Source of the DNA: Phoronis australis
Taxonomy: Eukaryota > Animalia > Phoronida
Direction of reading: 5' to 3'
NCBI GenBank assembly: GCA_002633005.1
Contig: NMRA01000006.1
Location: 562,460 to 626,459 of the forward strand
Length of the DNA: 64,000 nt
Positions 36,935 to 52,000 of the stretch are shown here, in pieces. A model generated the notes under the pieces. The model saw only the letters and a list, made by a program, of their open reading frames with translations, had not been told where the DNA came from and did no database searches. Both the position numbers and the translations under genes were made by a program. Every line of letters starts with the position of its first letter. Position 1 is the first letter of the stretch.

Positions 36935-37175
36935 ATATATCGTTGGCTCAGTGCAACGTTAGTCCGATTTATTACTGCCATAATTCCCGACTCATGACAT
37001 TAAATATTTCTTTGTTCAAATAGAAGCCAATAATAATTACAGTAATACATTTTTGTAGTTATAATTATCTACGGCAATGATAAATTAGCCAATCAAAAGC
37101 CAGGAATAATGACAGTAATAAATATTTATAACGACGATAATAAATCAGACTCAAGTTCTCCTCAGCCAACGATAT
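36935..37175. mobile_element. Palindromic MITE-like element
   Basis: ATATCGTTGGCT ... AGCCAACGATAT termini and an internal inverted pair ATTACTGCCATAATTCC / GGAATAATGACAGTAAT. Confidence 0.6.
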
Positions 37176-39700
37176 ACGTAAATGCATTGTGTGGTTACAA
37201 CCGGGATCACCCGCGCTAAGAGCGCACGCAAGCACTTACCGAAATTTCACTAGTAGACGCGGTTAATCGCCACTGTTCTCCCATGAAAGTAACCTGTCGA
37301 TACGCAGGTGGTTAAGATCAATGCAGGAATGTCTGCGCGTGCTTTTTTGTAACCATGAAACCGCAGTCGACTGATTAACTGTAAATGGCAACACTAATCA
37401 CTTGATGTCCAATTGGTGTCACAAAATACACAGCTACCCACGATGTTACCAGAATCGATATCACCATCAAACTTTTGTTAAAATCCATCTTTGAAAGAGA
37501 AAATTATTCCCACAATTAATATTCGTGTGTACAAGAAATGTAACATTTCTTATTCTCTGGCTTGTTATGTGACATTCTTGCGCTGCCGCAGGTCTTGCTT
37601 ACACAATTAAAACGAATGTAAAGAATGAACAACAGTAAGAATGCAGGTTTGATCACTAACAACCATAATCAAATGTTTTGTTTTACTACAATTTCTGAGC
37701 TTAACTAATTGTTTAAAGCGTAATAAAAGTGTGAGAAATTGGTCTCCGGTAGAATGTGTATTAACCTGTTACGTAATCAAGCGTCATACGGTGGTCTCAT
37801 CAGCTATAACTACGGAGGACTACATAAGTTACCTGAACTTACTGAGGTTCCTCCGGACTTCTGATTGCCTTAAACCGGCGCTGGTGATAGATTATCATTT
37901 ATCGTAGATCCGCATTTAAAACCATTATGTAACAGAATGGAAATGATAAAAAACAAGCAAACATATAATTTATAGTTGTAATATGGCTTGTCTATAACTT
38001 GTCACTGACAACGTTAAATGGGACGCTAGGATTGGAGATGTCTGTAATGGGGATATTTTTCATAGACAGAATCACTACGTATTTTAACAGCAAGTAATTC
38101 GAACGGTATTTTGTCGAGGTTCATTGATCTGAGAAATAAGAGACAATGTCAGTTGTTGAAATGTGCATACAGATGAGACCGTGGCTTAGTATGGAAAAAA
38201 ATTCCAGTGACCTAATGGCCTCGTTTTCGAGATCTTCACCAGACACTCTAGTGCGTTTATTAGAGGCTCTATGTCATGTGGGACTAGTCAATACCTTGCC
38301 TCGCAACCAGCCTTTATTAATATTAGAGTCTGGTGAACAACTTTACATCTGGTTGGCAATTGGTCAGTCAAGAACGAAGTCAACCGGTGACCATAAATAT
38401 CTTGTTTTTGCAATAATATGATTATGCAGAACTTTATCAACAAGTCTGTTTTTAATCACAAAACTGTATATTTTAACTCAGGAAAAGTATATATTCCCAA
38501 AAATAGAAAGTATGTAGAGCCTGGTCTTTGATTTTTAACAGTGTGGTGTTATCTGAGTCATGTTACCATTTCTTTTTAGTGGAATTTACCAAAAATGAAA
38601 GGTACATCCATAGCAACGGAACCGATAACATGACCAAATTTTGTTCAATATGACTTTTCAAGTTGTCATTTCACTAAATTCGTTTTTGCAGTCTTTGACT
38701 TTCTTCATGAAAATCATATAAGTCCCGTTTTTGGTAGCCCTCATACAAAAGTGGCGCATTTTAAAACGTTTCGTAAATAGTTTTGGAAAATAGTGCATAA
38801 AACATGATATGTGAAAGTTTCATGCTAATCATATCAGTCATTTTTGAGATATGATGTTCCGAAGTCGGCCAAATTTGGACATTTTTGTAGGGTCCAGTGT
38901 CGGGTTTCAGAGGGACTCGACTAAGTTCCCTAAATCTTTTGCATGTCTGTGTCTTTCTTTACTCATAGATGTAAATTTTTTCCATAATTTCATCGTTATT
39001 ATGAGCTCCTCTTTGACTAATGAAATTTTCTAATAACATAATTAAAAACTGAGCCCTGAATTCAATGAAAATAAACTGCATGGCATTCCAACATCTATTT
39101 GATTTCAAAATAAATAGGGACTTAGTCCTTAGGTTAGGGGCATTGCATGAAAACATCCCAATTTATTTTGGGTACTATTGAGAATTCACCGTCAAATTCA
39201 CTCACGATTTGTAACACAACCAAAGCTGACTTAGAAATGAAACTAAAGCAGCATAAGAAAGGACAAGCGGTGTTTTTACAAGATCACAATTACGCAGTAG
39301 ATTTAGGGAACTTAGTTGAGACCCTATTTGGGACTGTTTCATACAACCGGCCACTGAATAACATTAACTGTTGTAAGGTAGCACTGGATAGTTGTATTTT
39401 ACAGACGTTGTTGACTGATTGGGCCAAAATTTAACCAAATCCACGCAAAATTCAAGTTAGAAAACTGGAATGGTCAATTTGGATGTCACGTGATTAAATT
39501 TACCTTTACGGAAGTGTTCTTACATGGAACATAAGTTGACACAAAACGTAACCGAGTGTGCGGAATGGATTGAAATATAATTGATGATAAAGTTCATTGT
39601 GTGTACATATTTTTCTTACAACGGTGAAAATCTAAAATTTGCAAAAAAGAACACCATGATGTCAACTATGTCGTCAAGTCAAATTAGTAAAGACTATAGG

Positions 39701-40047
39701 NNNNNNNNNNNNNNNNNNNNNNNNNNNNNNNNNNNNNNNNNNNNNNNNNNNNNNNNNNNNNNNNNNNNNNNNNNNNNNNNNNNNNNNNNNNNNNNNNNNN
39801 NNNNNNNNNNNNNNNNNNNNNNNNNNNNNNNNNNNNNNNNNNNNNNNNNNNNNNNNNNNNNNNNNNNNNNNNNNNNNNNNNNNNNNNNNNNNNNNNNNNN
39901 NNNNNNNNNNNNNNNNNNNNNNNNNNNNNNNNNNNNNNNNNNNNNNNNNNNNNNNNNNNNNNNNNNNNNNNNNNNNNNNNNNNNNNNNNNNNNNNNNNNN
40001 NNNNNNNNNNNNNNNNNNNNNNNNNNNNNNNNNNNNNNNNNNNNNNN
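39701..40047. other. Assembly gap
   Basis: N run. Confidence 1.
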
Positions 40048-41249
40048 TTTGGCCTTCTAGATCCTACTAGTGCCTGGGAAAAACAGATACATTGCATAAA
40101 CAAACCCTGGATCATGTTTTGTGTCCCGTCGGAAGAAAATTTAAATTCGAAAACATCTTCTGAAAACGCACAAAAAAGTGTATTAGTAAAATCTACTGAT
40201 TTTTAAGTGGTTTTAAAAAACAATCGGTAAACTCACCGATTTTTGTCTCATTACTTTGATACGTGTTTCTCCCGAGAGGTTAGTACCTAACGTGAAGACG
40301 AGCACTCCAAATTGGAACGCTAAGTCCCGCGTGGTTGCGCTGCACGCGAAACAAGATGGCGGACGAACTTTGGAGCCTGACGAAAATAGGTAACCGGACG
40401 ATATTATTTGTAATCTTATGTCACCAGTTATGAACATTTAATCTCATTGTCTCAAAAATTTTCATTCCATGTCCAGTTTTGCAGAATTAACCAACCTTAA
40501 AAGTCACCGCTATCAAAGACATGCCCCCATCCCCAATGAAACGACTGTCGCGCTCTTGTGGTTTCCGGCCCATTGCCTAACAGGTGGCACTAGGAACGGG
40601 AGTGTGACTTTCCGCTCTCCGCCAGAGAGCTCTTCTGTAGCACCTCAGGATATCAAGGCCTCTGGGTCTGTGCTCTGTTTCGGCCGGTCAATTGTTTTGC
40701 GGTTTGGATCGCCAGCCAGCTTGCTGTCATTTATGAAAACTAACTTTAGCACCAAAATAACAGTAGCTAGCGCCGGTGACTAATTTAGTTTTATGACATT
40801 TAGTTTGAGTCATTTTATTTGGCCACTTTTTACCCTCATCGCCGGGTTCATCCTGTCTCAAATGATGGGCCATTGAGACGGTACTGTTTAAGCTGTATAT
40901 TTAGCTCGCAAAGCTTTGTACTAAGGCCAAGGGCACAAATGCTATGCTCAGTTTCAGAACAGGAACCTTTAAACAACCGCTTGTTATGGCATAGCCAGCC
41001 AGCTAGCTGCTTGAAGACTGTCGTCAATATACCCTGTATACAGCTTTGTACCAACGAACGATGCAATGGCTATTTTCTGCCTCCACAATGGAGACACTGA
41101 GCTGAGTCTCTTGTAGACAGTGACCACCGTCTCTACCAGGCCAGTAGAGATGGTGTAGCTCTCATATGAAGGAGCCGGCTTCATACACCTGAAGCTTTTT
41201 GGCGAATTATGCCTCACACCGAATAAAACATCAAAGTCATGTTCGTTGT

Positions 41250-41553
41250 TTCGCGCATAAAGGGACACCTTAGGAGGCCGTCATCTTTAGTTCAATGCCT
41301 TCCAACTCCAACAAATACTACAGTTAACAAACTTTTTCTTCAAGCAGTCCCTCGGTAATTGGCCATTTTTACACTGCGCATTCGTATAGCAGGGATATGA
41401 TGTCATACCACCTGCAGCGTGCAGTGTTAAAAATGGCCATTTTTTATTTTGGGAACTGAACAAAGGACTGCTCAAAGAAAAAGTTTGATAACAAGAGGAG
41501 TATGTGTTTGAGGAGACATGGACGGCCTCCTAAGGTGTCCTCTATGTGCGAAA
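41250..41553. mobile_element. Foldback/MITE with ~33-bp TIR and nested inner inverted repeat
   Basis: GGACACCTTAGGAGGCCGTC / GACGGCCTCCTAAGGTGTCC; inner TGGCCATTTTTACACTGC / GCAGTGTTAAAAATGGCCA. Confidence 0.8.
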
Positions 41554-41559
41554 GATACT

Positions 41560-42572
41560 TATCGTTCTAACTTGTCCAGCAACTTTTCTAGACGTGAGGG
41601 GTTCTGAATGTGCGATAACATCTGGTTCCTTTGTTAACTGCCCAGCTCAGTCTTTTGTACCGTATGACAACATGCAGGCCAATTATCTCCCAGGCTTCAA
41701 AGGGTTGCTGAAACCTGGCAGAATGGATTGTCTTACCTTCTGTTGTAGTTGGGAGATTTTGGTGATTCAAAAACTAAATATAACAGCCTTTGTCAAGGAA
41801 TTCAGAATTGCTATTGGTTTATGTTCAAATATGTTATAACTTAACTTTCATTTTTTGCAGCACAGGCCAGTCAGGCTAGACAGCATCTTATTGGAGATTA
41901 GAGCAATTATCGAACAAAAGAGACCTGGCCCTCTGACCATAAACGCCAGAATGGAGTTAATCAGTTATGTAAGATAGTGGCTACAGGGGTGATCTTCCCA
42001 ACTTGTTGTTGGGCTATAGAATAGAACAAGTTAGGAGCAACGGGAAAACGCCGTAATGTAACAACGTGATTTTGATTTAGTGTGAGGCATAATTCACCTT
42101 TCCGCATATGAAGCTCCTATAACTACTGAGCAAGCTAGAGATGGTGGTCACTGGGTATAAGTCTGTTGAGGCTCAAAAATGTTGTTTTGCTTTGATTTCA
42201 ACACCAGACTTGAAATCACTTGGTGTGATTTTGAACATTTGACGGCTGATCCTTACCATGATCTTAAAAGGAACTTCTGGGCTTTGGGACTGGTAAATGC
42301 CATGACGGCGACATCCTGTTGCTCCCAACTTGTTCGATTGTATAGCCCAACAACAAGTTGGGAAATTTACTCCTCGTAGCCAAACTCCATTCTGGCGTTG
42401 ATGGTTGAAGGGCCTGCGCTCTTTTGTTTGATAATTGCTCTAATTTCCGATCAGATCCTATCTAGCCTGACTGGGGTGGGCTGATAAAAATGAAAGTTAA
42501 GTTAAGTCAGATATTATCGCATGTTCAGCACCCCTCACGTCTGGAAAAGTTACTGAACGACAGGACGCTGTA
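41560..42572. repeat. Two oppositely oriented copies of the internal segment (~11480-12000) of the 10950-12205 element
   Basis: GTTGCTCCCAACTTGTTCG...TATAGCCCAACAACAAGTTGGGA at ~11492 and ~42318; reverse complement at ~41995-42042. Confidence 0.8.
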
Positions 42573-43030
42573 ATACCCAAGTCCCTGCTTGGCACCAAGT
42601 ATCAGCATAGTATAGCCAGTATATGGAGGCAGCCTGCATTATCAGCAATAATGAAATTGTCGAATTAAAATCAATTCTTCCCAAGCCGTGAAATTCATTT
42701 TAATCTGGTCCAGACTGTGAAAATACCTGTTATTTTCTTAGCACATCTTGTTCATGGAATTACCGTTGTGGTGCACATCAGCTTTCATTTGATTAATGAA
42801 CTTTGAACTTTGGTTTTACTCGTCTGATTTTCTTACACAGACCAGTTTTGTTACCATAAGTGGTCGTGATATTGATTTGTAGGCCAAGATTTTTAGCGGA
42901 AGGGCAATTTTTAATGGCTTTGACGATGTACATGTTTAGAAATTTAATGCGTTTCTGTTATTTACAGTACCTGCCCAATGCTCGATCCATTTTGTCTGAT
43001 GTGAAAATCTGGCAATTACTTGACTGCACC

Positions 43031-46000
43031 ATGCTGGTTGAAATCCTCGCTGCAGTCTTTGTCGTGTTGCTTTGTGTTTTCTACTGGTTGCCATGGCTAC
43101 TGGATGACCTGACGCTACTGAGAAATATCTTGCCAGTCCAGGCACGTCTACTCAGACTTGTTCACAAACACAAGCTGTTCATCAGTCTGTTTGAAGCAAA
43201 CGCCTCTAGATTTCACGATCGTACACTGTTGATTTTCAACGACCGCAAGTATACGTTCGAGGAAATGAATCGCATGATGACTAAAGTTGCCAATGCTGCC
43301 TTAAGACTTGGATTGAAAAGCAACGATTGCGTTGCTCTTCTCATGTACAACAGTCCTGACCTCTTGTGGATTACATACGGTACATTTGTTAAATCTTGTA
43401 AATTCATAAAAGTGTTAAAATGAACATTTACTGTAGCAGTAAGTGTGGTTTTTGTTTCTTACCTAATACATGTTTTTCATAATGACAAATTGACAATTGA
43501 CTAATTATGGATATTGTAGTATTTATGATTGGAAGAATGGATTTTGGTCCGCCATGTTGACTTTGCACTTGTGTGGGATTTTGCAGTTGACCTATCACAA
43601 GCTCCGCCCCCTTGCGTAATGTCAACAAACGAACAATATGTTTTACCTGGTAACGTGTTGTTTGTCAGGTAAAATGGCAGCTTGGAAACGAAGGTGTGTC
43701 AAGAATGCTGCGTTCTGATTGGTCAGTTAAGCCATCACTCAAAATCCTGGTGATAGATCAATTGGTAGCAGTGGTAGACGCCATATCATAAATGTTTGTC
43801 GGAACTCTCCGTTGCTGTTGTTCAGTTTTAGTAACCCTTGCAGTTCATTCTTATGTTTTGTCTGTCGTTAACTCTTTCAGTGTCAAGCGCAGGTAGTATA
43901 TTCATTCATTATCATACGTGCCATTTGGCGACTTCAGTTCTTATCCAAATATTATTTTAATTTCTGTCAACAGGCTAAAATTTTCTTAACATTAGTTTTT
44001 GGGTATAAATTTGACAAAATGAAATTTCACTTGCCCGCTATATTAATTATGCGCTAAATAGGCTAGCTCTTATTATGTGGTAAAAATTATTTTGTCTTTA
44101 CTTTAATTTCTTCACAGCTAGTCTATGCGTTTAGACTGTTAAATGTATTTTGGATGTTTAGACTTTTCCTTATTTCGCAGGTTTGTTCAAAGTCGGTATC
44201 CGTGTTGCCCTGTTGAACACAAATGTCCGTGAGCAGCAATTGGTTCACTGTGTAAGGGAAAGTGGGGCAAGTGTGCTGATATTTGATCAGGGTAAGTGTC
44301 TTAATGGTACAGGATTTTTCCATGCTCAATATGCGCTGGAGACTCGGACAACAAAGAGTGGTTGTCGACCGTTAATTCTTCAGTTTTTCTGTAGCCTGGT
44401 GTGGCCCAAAGGTCACTTTTTGCTCCTGCGCTATTCATACTGTTTATTAACAATCATCCCTATCCGGCATTCACTGTTGATGTAATCCTTTACTGATCAA
44501 TGCCGCGACATTGTGCAGCATGATTGAAATAGGAAACCGTGAAAATTGTTAAGTCGTAATTATACCTTCCTACAATATTTGTGCTGTTTACCAACATCCA
44601 GATGCATAAATTAGAGACAAATACTTGTCTTGGGAGTCAGTAAAAATGTATTTGCAGCAAAGCATATTAGACTTTTATCTACCTTGGTAGTCAACCAACA
44701 GTTATTTAACACCTCTTTTGACCTTGAATTAGAATTTCGGGCCATTCAGTTGGATAGTGCTTCTCTACATCAACCACAGAAGACCGATGTCGCCATCTAC
44801 CCTTGATATCGCCAAAGTTGATCTAAGCTCCTATTGTGTTGTACTGGTCAATTATTGCATTAGCGATGTCTTCACACCAATAATATACTGTCTGAAATAA
44901 ATTGAAATTTTAAGAACAAATCTCTGGTATTTTTTAACATGTTTGGCTTCTGAAATTGAATTCCTCATTAATGTACGATCCTTCTTTCACAGAAAAAATG
45001 CAATAAGAATTGGCCAGCACGTGTCGATGGGTTTTTATTTACTGACCACACGAGTCTAAGCGTGTTTACATTAATGTATTCATTCAGCGTGGTAGATAAT
45101 GGTGTTTGTGTCGTGACATTGCACAAAAGCCTGAGCCCGGCGATTAATAAAAGAAAGATTGATATCAGGCTTCTGAAAATTGATGTCGTCTGTAATATGG
45201 ACTAAATGCCAGTTAGTTGAAATGTAGTTTTGTTTGCCTTCTGTCACAATAAAGTACAAAGGGCTGTGATGATGGAAACATTTGCTAAGATTTCTTCATT
45301 GTTTTATTTATCAAAACAATATTTTATATTCGAGATATTTTGTTTTTAAAAGAATTTATGAACCGATGAACATTTTGTAATTTTGCATTTTGTAGATGAA
45401 GATCTGGTGGATAGTGTCAATGAAATTTCTTGTGATTTAAATGATGTTGCATTGTGGGTTAACAGTCGGAGTGATGATGTCATCAAAATGATTGACGTGC
45501 CTCTCTGTTTGGGAGATTACATTGACAGCGCTAATGGAGATAACTTTGAAAAGGCTACCAGAGATGGCACCAATTGTTGTGTAGGAGGGACTGTGGGTTA
45601 CATCTTTACCTCGGGAACGACAGGTAGCTGTGACTGTTGATGTGAAATGTCTGTCAATGACACTGTTGTGTTACTTGTTTATACATGGACCAAATGGACC
45701 CGAGTGCATCTCGGAGTAGAGAGGTGTAAGTCGATATGGGTTGCAGCACTAATTTGTGATAATAGTGGCTTGCATGTGTTCAGAATGAGTTTGATCCTGC
45801 ATTGTGGTTGCCTGTAGGCATTCGGTTATACCTGTAACTCATTTGGCCCTGACCACCCCATTGCAAGAATAACTCAGTTTTCCTGGTATTGACCTGTCAC
45901 AAGCTCCACCCCTTGTTAAAAGTCGACAAGCAAACAATAAGTTTTACCCGACAACATGTTTTTTGTTGGGTAAAATGGCGGCTTGGTTATTAAATGAAGT

Positions 46001-49000
46001 TGTGTCAAGAATGCTGCGTTCAGATTGGTCAATTAAGCTGTCACTCAAAATTCTGGTGATAGGTCAAGTATTAACATGTTGTAACAGTGTTATCCTTCCT
46101 TCAAACATGCAATGTTGAAAATCTCACTCAGTGCATTACATACAATCTTGATTTTGTGGCATTAACATACGTATGGGGTTTTTGAAGTCAGACTGCTATT
46201 CCACCAAAACTAGGTCAGCAGTACTCCATTTAAAACCGTATTACTCCCAAAGTGTAATTAATTTACCCATCAGCATTTCATGAATTTCTCTTGCCTAAAA
46301 ATGCTCGACACTGATTTAATTTTCGCAGACATTACTTGAATTTTAACAATGGTCGTGGAAAAACAAAAATACTGTTTTCTACAGCCTACCACCAGACACT
46401 GTTAAGGTACTTATCTGGCAAGTTCCAAGAAGAAAAGCATGGTACACACAAGGTCATAAAAAGAATTGATGACAGGAGTGGCATGTAATAACGCTTAAGC
46501 AGGTTCATGTGTCTTTTGAAAATCATTGGATGGTGTTTTGTACTTTATCTCCTCAAATCGGTACTGGGCTGTGAGATACGTTGACATTTTGAAATTACTT
46601 TGAGGTAGTGACTTTAGTAACATGGCCATGTCTAAAATCTGTTTGTCCAAACCTCTTCATTGGCACGGTGTTGCGATCGGTCATTTCTCCAGTTGTCTTC
46701 AGATATTGACAGCGTTCTAAGGAGAAGGAGAACAGGTATCTGAGCAGTGGCAGATCTAGGATATCACAAGGGGGGGGGCCCAACATTTTGTCCAGCTGTA
46801 AACATTTGCGCAAACTGAGCCACGATTGTAGATGTNNNNNNNNNNNNNNNNNNNNNNNNNNNNNNNNNNNNNNNNNNNNNNNNNNNNNNNNNNNNNNNNN
46901 NNNNNNNNNNNNNNNNNNNNNNNNNNNNNNNNNNNNNNNNNNNNNNNNNNNNNNNNNNNNNNNNNNNNNNNNNNNNNNNNNNNNNNNNNNNNNNNNNNNN
47001 NNNNNNNNNNNNNNNNNNNNNNNNNNNNNNNNNNNNNNNNNNNNNNNNNNNNNNNNNNNNNNNNNNNNNNNNNNNNNNNNNNNNNNNNNNNNNNNNNNNN
47101 NNNNNNNNNNNNNNNNNNNNNNNNNNNNNNNNNNNNNNNNNNNNNNNNNNNNNNNNNNNNNNNNNNNNNNNNNNNNNNNNNNNNNNNNNNNNNNNNNNNN
47201 NNNNNNNCTGCCCTGCCCTGCCCTGCCCTGCCCTGCCTGTCAACATTAGGGTTGGATGAGGTAATTAATCAAGCCATGAAGCTGCATTGCTCTAGCTGAC
47301 TCGGGTGTACAAGTGACTAACAGAAGCCTCTGCTGGGAAGTAAGCTGTGATTTATTAAAACGGCCTGTCCAGAAAGGAACCGAGGTTACTAGTTACAGTC
47401 TCTGCTGCCAAAAGTGGCTCACAAAGGATATTTATCCTTCTTTTGTTATCCTGCAACATGAGAAAAAACCCTATGTTCATAGTTTCTGGCTTGGTTCCAC
47501 ATTTTCTTGATAACTAATGTGTACTCAACCTTAACCTGGAACCCGCTACACCACATGCATGTAAGCAGTTATGAGTCTGTTAACATCGCATGTCCCACAA
47601 TTCAGTTCGCTGAAGGCTTATCTTGCTATCCATAACAATGTCAATGGTCAATTTGTCTTGACTACTTAATAAGTGAAGTAGTCTTGCAGCTGTGCTATAG
47701 TCCTTTAAAAAGCCAGGGAGTTGCCAGCCATATGTTAGACCTTTGGCTTAGAGTTGGAACATCGTGCATTCGCATGGAGGCCAACAAGTATCATGCTTAG
47801 ATACTCCCTCACTTATATGAAAACTCACCAAACTAATTGATCGATGTTCATGGTATTCAATTATTGGATGACTTGATTTGTGCACCCTTGAAGGTATTTT
47901 AAGTTTACTAGTATTGCTATCTCCGTAGGAATGTTTAAAACAAATAATAAGCGTGCCTTGCATCTGTGCTGTACATGATGCATATGGCGGGTGCATATCA
48001 ACGCTCTGTGTTGCTCTTGGTTTTTATTTCTATGTCAGTTTTTTGGGATCTGCGAAATGTTTGAAGAATCATGATGGAAATTGGTGCGTTCCTATTGAGG
48101 AGAGCACAGCTGGTGTCAAATTTCAGACTGATCCAATTACTATGGCAACCAGTAGTGGCAATTTTGGGGGTTTTTGGTATCTACACAGCTTCTTGGTGGA
48201 TGTCAGTCATGTTAGGCCTATATTTGTGTTGATGAAAGCAAAAATGGTGCAAGAGTTGATTTTTGGGGGGATCTAGCTTAAACAGTGGTGCTCCCTTGTG
48301 GCAGTTTGTATTTCTTTGTGTCAATCGGCCTTAGTTATCAAGCTCTTTGGTGGATCTTAATGAACTTTGGCACGTGGGTTTCTACTGAGGAGAGCACTAG
48401 TAACTGCACCTATTGTGCCATCTAGTGGCAAGTTGTAGTTGTGTCTGCCTAAATATCAATGAATTTCTTCAGTGGTTCTTCATGAAATTTAACTAGCTGA
48501 TTTTGATTTTGGTTTGAATCCGACAGTCAATCACTGGTCTCACCCCTTGACCTCCACCATTTTTGATGCACACTTTAGGCACATATCAATGCTTCGCATC
48601 ATTTTCTACATGATCCAATACTTGCCTGTTATACTTAGATCCGATCCAATTATCTGCACTTGTAATGATGTGCGCTATTTTCAGACAAAAAACATCACAC
48701 TATTTTGTACTGCTGGGCATCATAAGTAGTGCCAATGGACTACGCCTGCTTTTGAATACTTTTCTGCTCCCCTTTCGATAAATTGTCCCTTTGCTGAACT
48801 ACTAGTATTTTTGAGCAGACTCACGAAATGTTTTTGATTTGCACAACATGTTGTTTGCAAGTTTTTTGAGCCATCTCATAGACGATTTGTTCTCCCCGTC
48901 TGGTAATTACGCTCTTGGTTACTCTTGTTGATTTTTGAAATTTTAACTTATTAAGTTCCTCAACTGCTTGACATACTTTACTGTATACGTGATCTAGTGT

Positions 49001-52000
49001 TCTAGTCTTCTATTCACTAAATGAATTTTTATGAAATTTCAGGCCTTTCAAAGCCAGTACGTCTGTCCAATCTCCGTCTTTTTACTGCTGCTTGTATACC
49101 TAACTTATGTCGCACTCTGAGTACAAACGACGTTATCTATGCGCCATTACCCCTCTATCACTCGCTTGGATTCTGCGCAGCCTTTGGTGCTGCAGTGATG
49201 TTTGGTGAGTTTAAGCAGGAACACACGGCCGTGTAATACAGGGTGTATCGGTTACAGCCTTCTTTTTCCTAAACCATCAACTTTTGCTCTTTATGTCACT
49301 TTTTTCCTATACTGTTGATGTGTGATACATCTTTCACTTGTTAACATGACCTGCTGCTTAAACCAATTGTGTGTACGATACAAATTTTCCAGTTCGGAGC
49401 AGTATTTGGAAAGTAATGCTTGAGACCTTACTAGGGTAACCCAGCAAAATGGCAGTCATTGTAGTGATTGGTCGGTGAGGTCGAAGTGTTGAATTATGGG
49501 ATACAGTTCATAAACTGTATGATAGAATTCACTGTTTTCTTTTGGTTATGAAGATTTTTTCCTGCAAGTACAATTTAATGTCTTAGTTATTTGGAACGCT
49601 GCCCCGATAGAATTTATTTAGTGGTTGTTGGGTCTGCTTGTCTATAGTAACTGTTTAGAATCTAATTTAAAGGAATTAATCACATATAATGTTTATTTTT
49701 AATTACCAACTGATATCTTTTTAAGGTTGCACTCTCCTTACCAGGAAAAAGTTTTCAGCGAGTTCATACTGGTCAGATTGTCACACTCACAAAGTCACAG
49801 TAGCTCTTTATATTGGAGAGATGTGGCGTTACCTTGTCCACCAACCAGAGGTATCTTTAAAACTTTTAAAACCTACAGTATAGTTGAGCTTTTTTGTGAA
49901 TATTAAACCTTTTAAGCACATTAACTAATACAAGTTAACCAGCTTAGCTTGTGTCCCTCGTGGCAAGCTTAAAAGTGGCAACTTTTCTGAGTCGTGACTT
50001 ATGCATGAGACGGCATTGGAATACTAAGTCTTTGCTATACCTTCACATGTCCCAATTACCATATATCATATTCCACATCATCAAATTTTCCAGAAAACTT
50101 TTTCTGTTTTTGGTTTATATAGGGAGTCATAAGAGTAATTCTCCACTTATTTTGCACAACGTAAATCATGTTTTCTTAATAATCAGGGTCGGTTTGCCGA
50201 ATAAACCAAAATCATACATGGGCAGTTGACAAGTATGGGTTACTCGGTTGATTTTGCACACCTGTCCAGTAATTGCCATAAACATTCGGGTTAACAGTCC
50301 TGGCACTTGAATTGCAAGGTTTTGTATGCTCTTACTGAATGAGGCCCTGGAACAATGTAATGCAAAAAGTTAATATATGTGACTTATTATGGGCCCACAT
50401 AGTTACATGTGGACGCATTATGCCGTCATCCCCGACTGTACGTCATCTACTGCCCTTTCTCTAAAACCCTTTGACATATGTTCATGAAATTTTGCACAAT
50501 CGGTGTTCCGGATCTAACTACCAGATGGGTGTACCTCCTAGTGGCAATTTTAGTTTTTTCTGTTTACCTCTGTATCTTCAAAGGACCTCAATGTGTTCTC
50601 ATGAAATTTGGCATATATGCATCTATTAGTGAGATGGCGCTACCCTCACATTTTTGGATTCATTTGATTTAGTTTGCACCACCTAGTGGCCATTTATATT
50701 TTTTTGAGTCTGTCTTTTGGCATCCACCCCGCTATCAACCAAACCGCACTAAGGATGATTGTGAAAATTGGCATGTATGTTCTTACTATGAAGAGGAAAG
50801 CTGACAATGATTTTCTGATGACTTCAACGACTGTGGCGCCTCCTAGTGGCAGTTTGTTTTTGCGCCCATGGCTGTATCTCCTAAACTGTTTGCAGGATCC
50901 TTACTAAATTTAGAATTCAAAGTATAATGTTGACAACGGACGATGTCAACTTTCGGACGGATCTGACTACCGGTGTGCCCCCTTGTAGTAATTTTAGGTT
51001 TACCTCTGTATCTTCAAAGATCCTCAACTGATTTTCTTAAAATTTGGAATGTAGTTATCTATGCAATCCTCCCGTTTTCGGAGTATGAAATTGATATATT
51101 TTGCACCACATAGTGGCCATTTTTGCTGTTTTCGAGTCTGTTTCTTGGCATCCACCCCTCTATCGACCGAACCATTCCAAGAATGGTTTTGAAAATTGGC
51201 GTATTATGTTCTCAGTGTGAAGAGAACGGTTGACGATGACGACTTCGACTACTGTGGCGCCTCCTAGTTGTAGTTTTGTTTTGTATTGCGCCTATAGCTG
51301 TATCTCCTAAGCCCACTACAGGATCTTTATCAAATTTAGTAGGTGAATTTAGTGTATTTATATGAAGCTAAAAATATGATGACGACTTTCAGGCTGTTCC
51401 AACAAATGCTGTGCCCCTTAGTGGCAATCTCATGTTTTCCGTTTTCCCTTGTTTCTCTGAAGTTCCTTCAGTAAATAGCTTTCAATTTTAAAGAAGCAAA
51501 AACATGTTCCCGTTTTCGGATGGATTGGACGTTTTTGCTCCATCTAGTGGCCATTTTTATGATACAGATAACCACTATTTGCGGTGCATTCGTGGGTACA
51601 TTTCAACGCTCGCGTTACACTTGTGTTGTTTCCATATCCAGCAATTAATTTCCCATAAAATGAATTGGCCTTTTGATAATTGAAAGTCATGAGGATTTCC
51701 ACTACCTGGTGATTTGAGTTAATTTGTTCCTGTGGCAGTGAATACCAGCCATATTATGGAAAGTAGGTCAGCCACAAAATGACTCATACATAACCTCATC
51801 ATGCATGTCACTTGTGTCACTTTGCCTTGTTGACATTTAAAGAGGTGTATTTGTTGGGTTATTGTTAGGGCTTTGCATTGATATTTTCGAAAGTGCAAAA
51901 CTGACTGTGAAGCACGGAATTCGCACCAATTAGCCACACGCGAAATAAGTGAGGGACAAAATACTGTTGTTTCCAAATAATATGTACCTTCTTTTTTTCA

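Noticed and set aside
39581-47299. ORFs of 143-160 aa at 39581-40115 and 46764-47299
   Set aside because: Open only because they span assembly gaps
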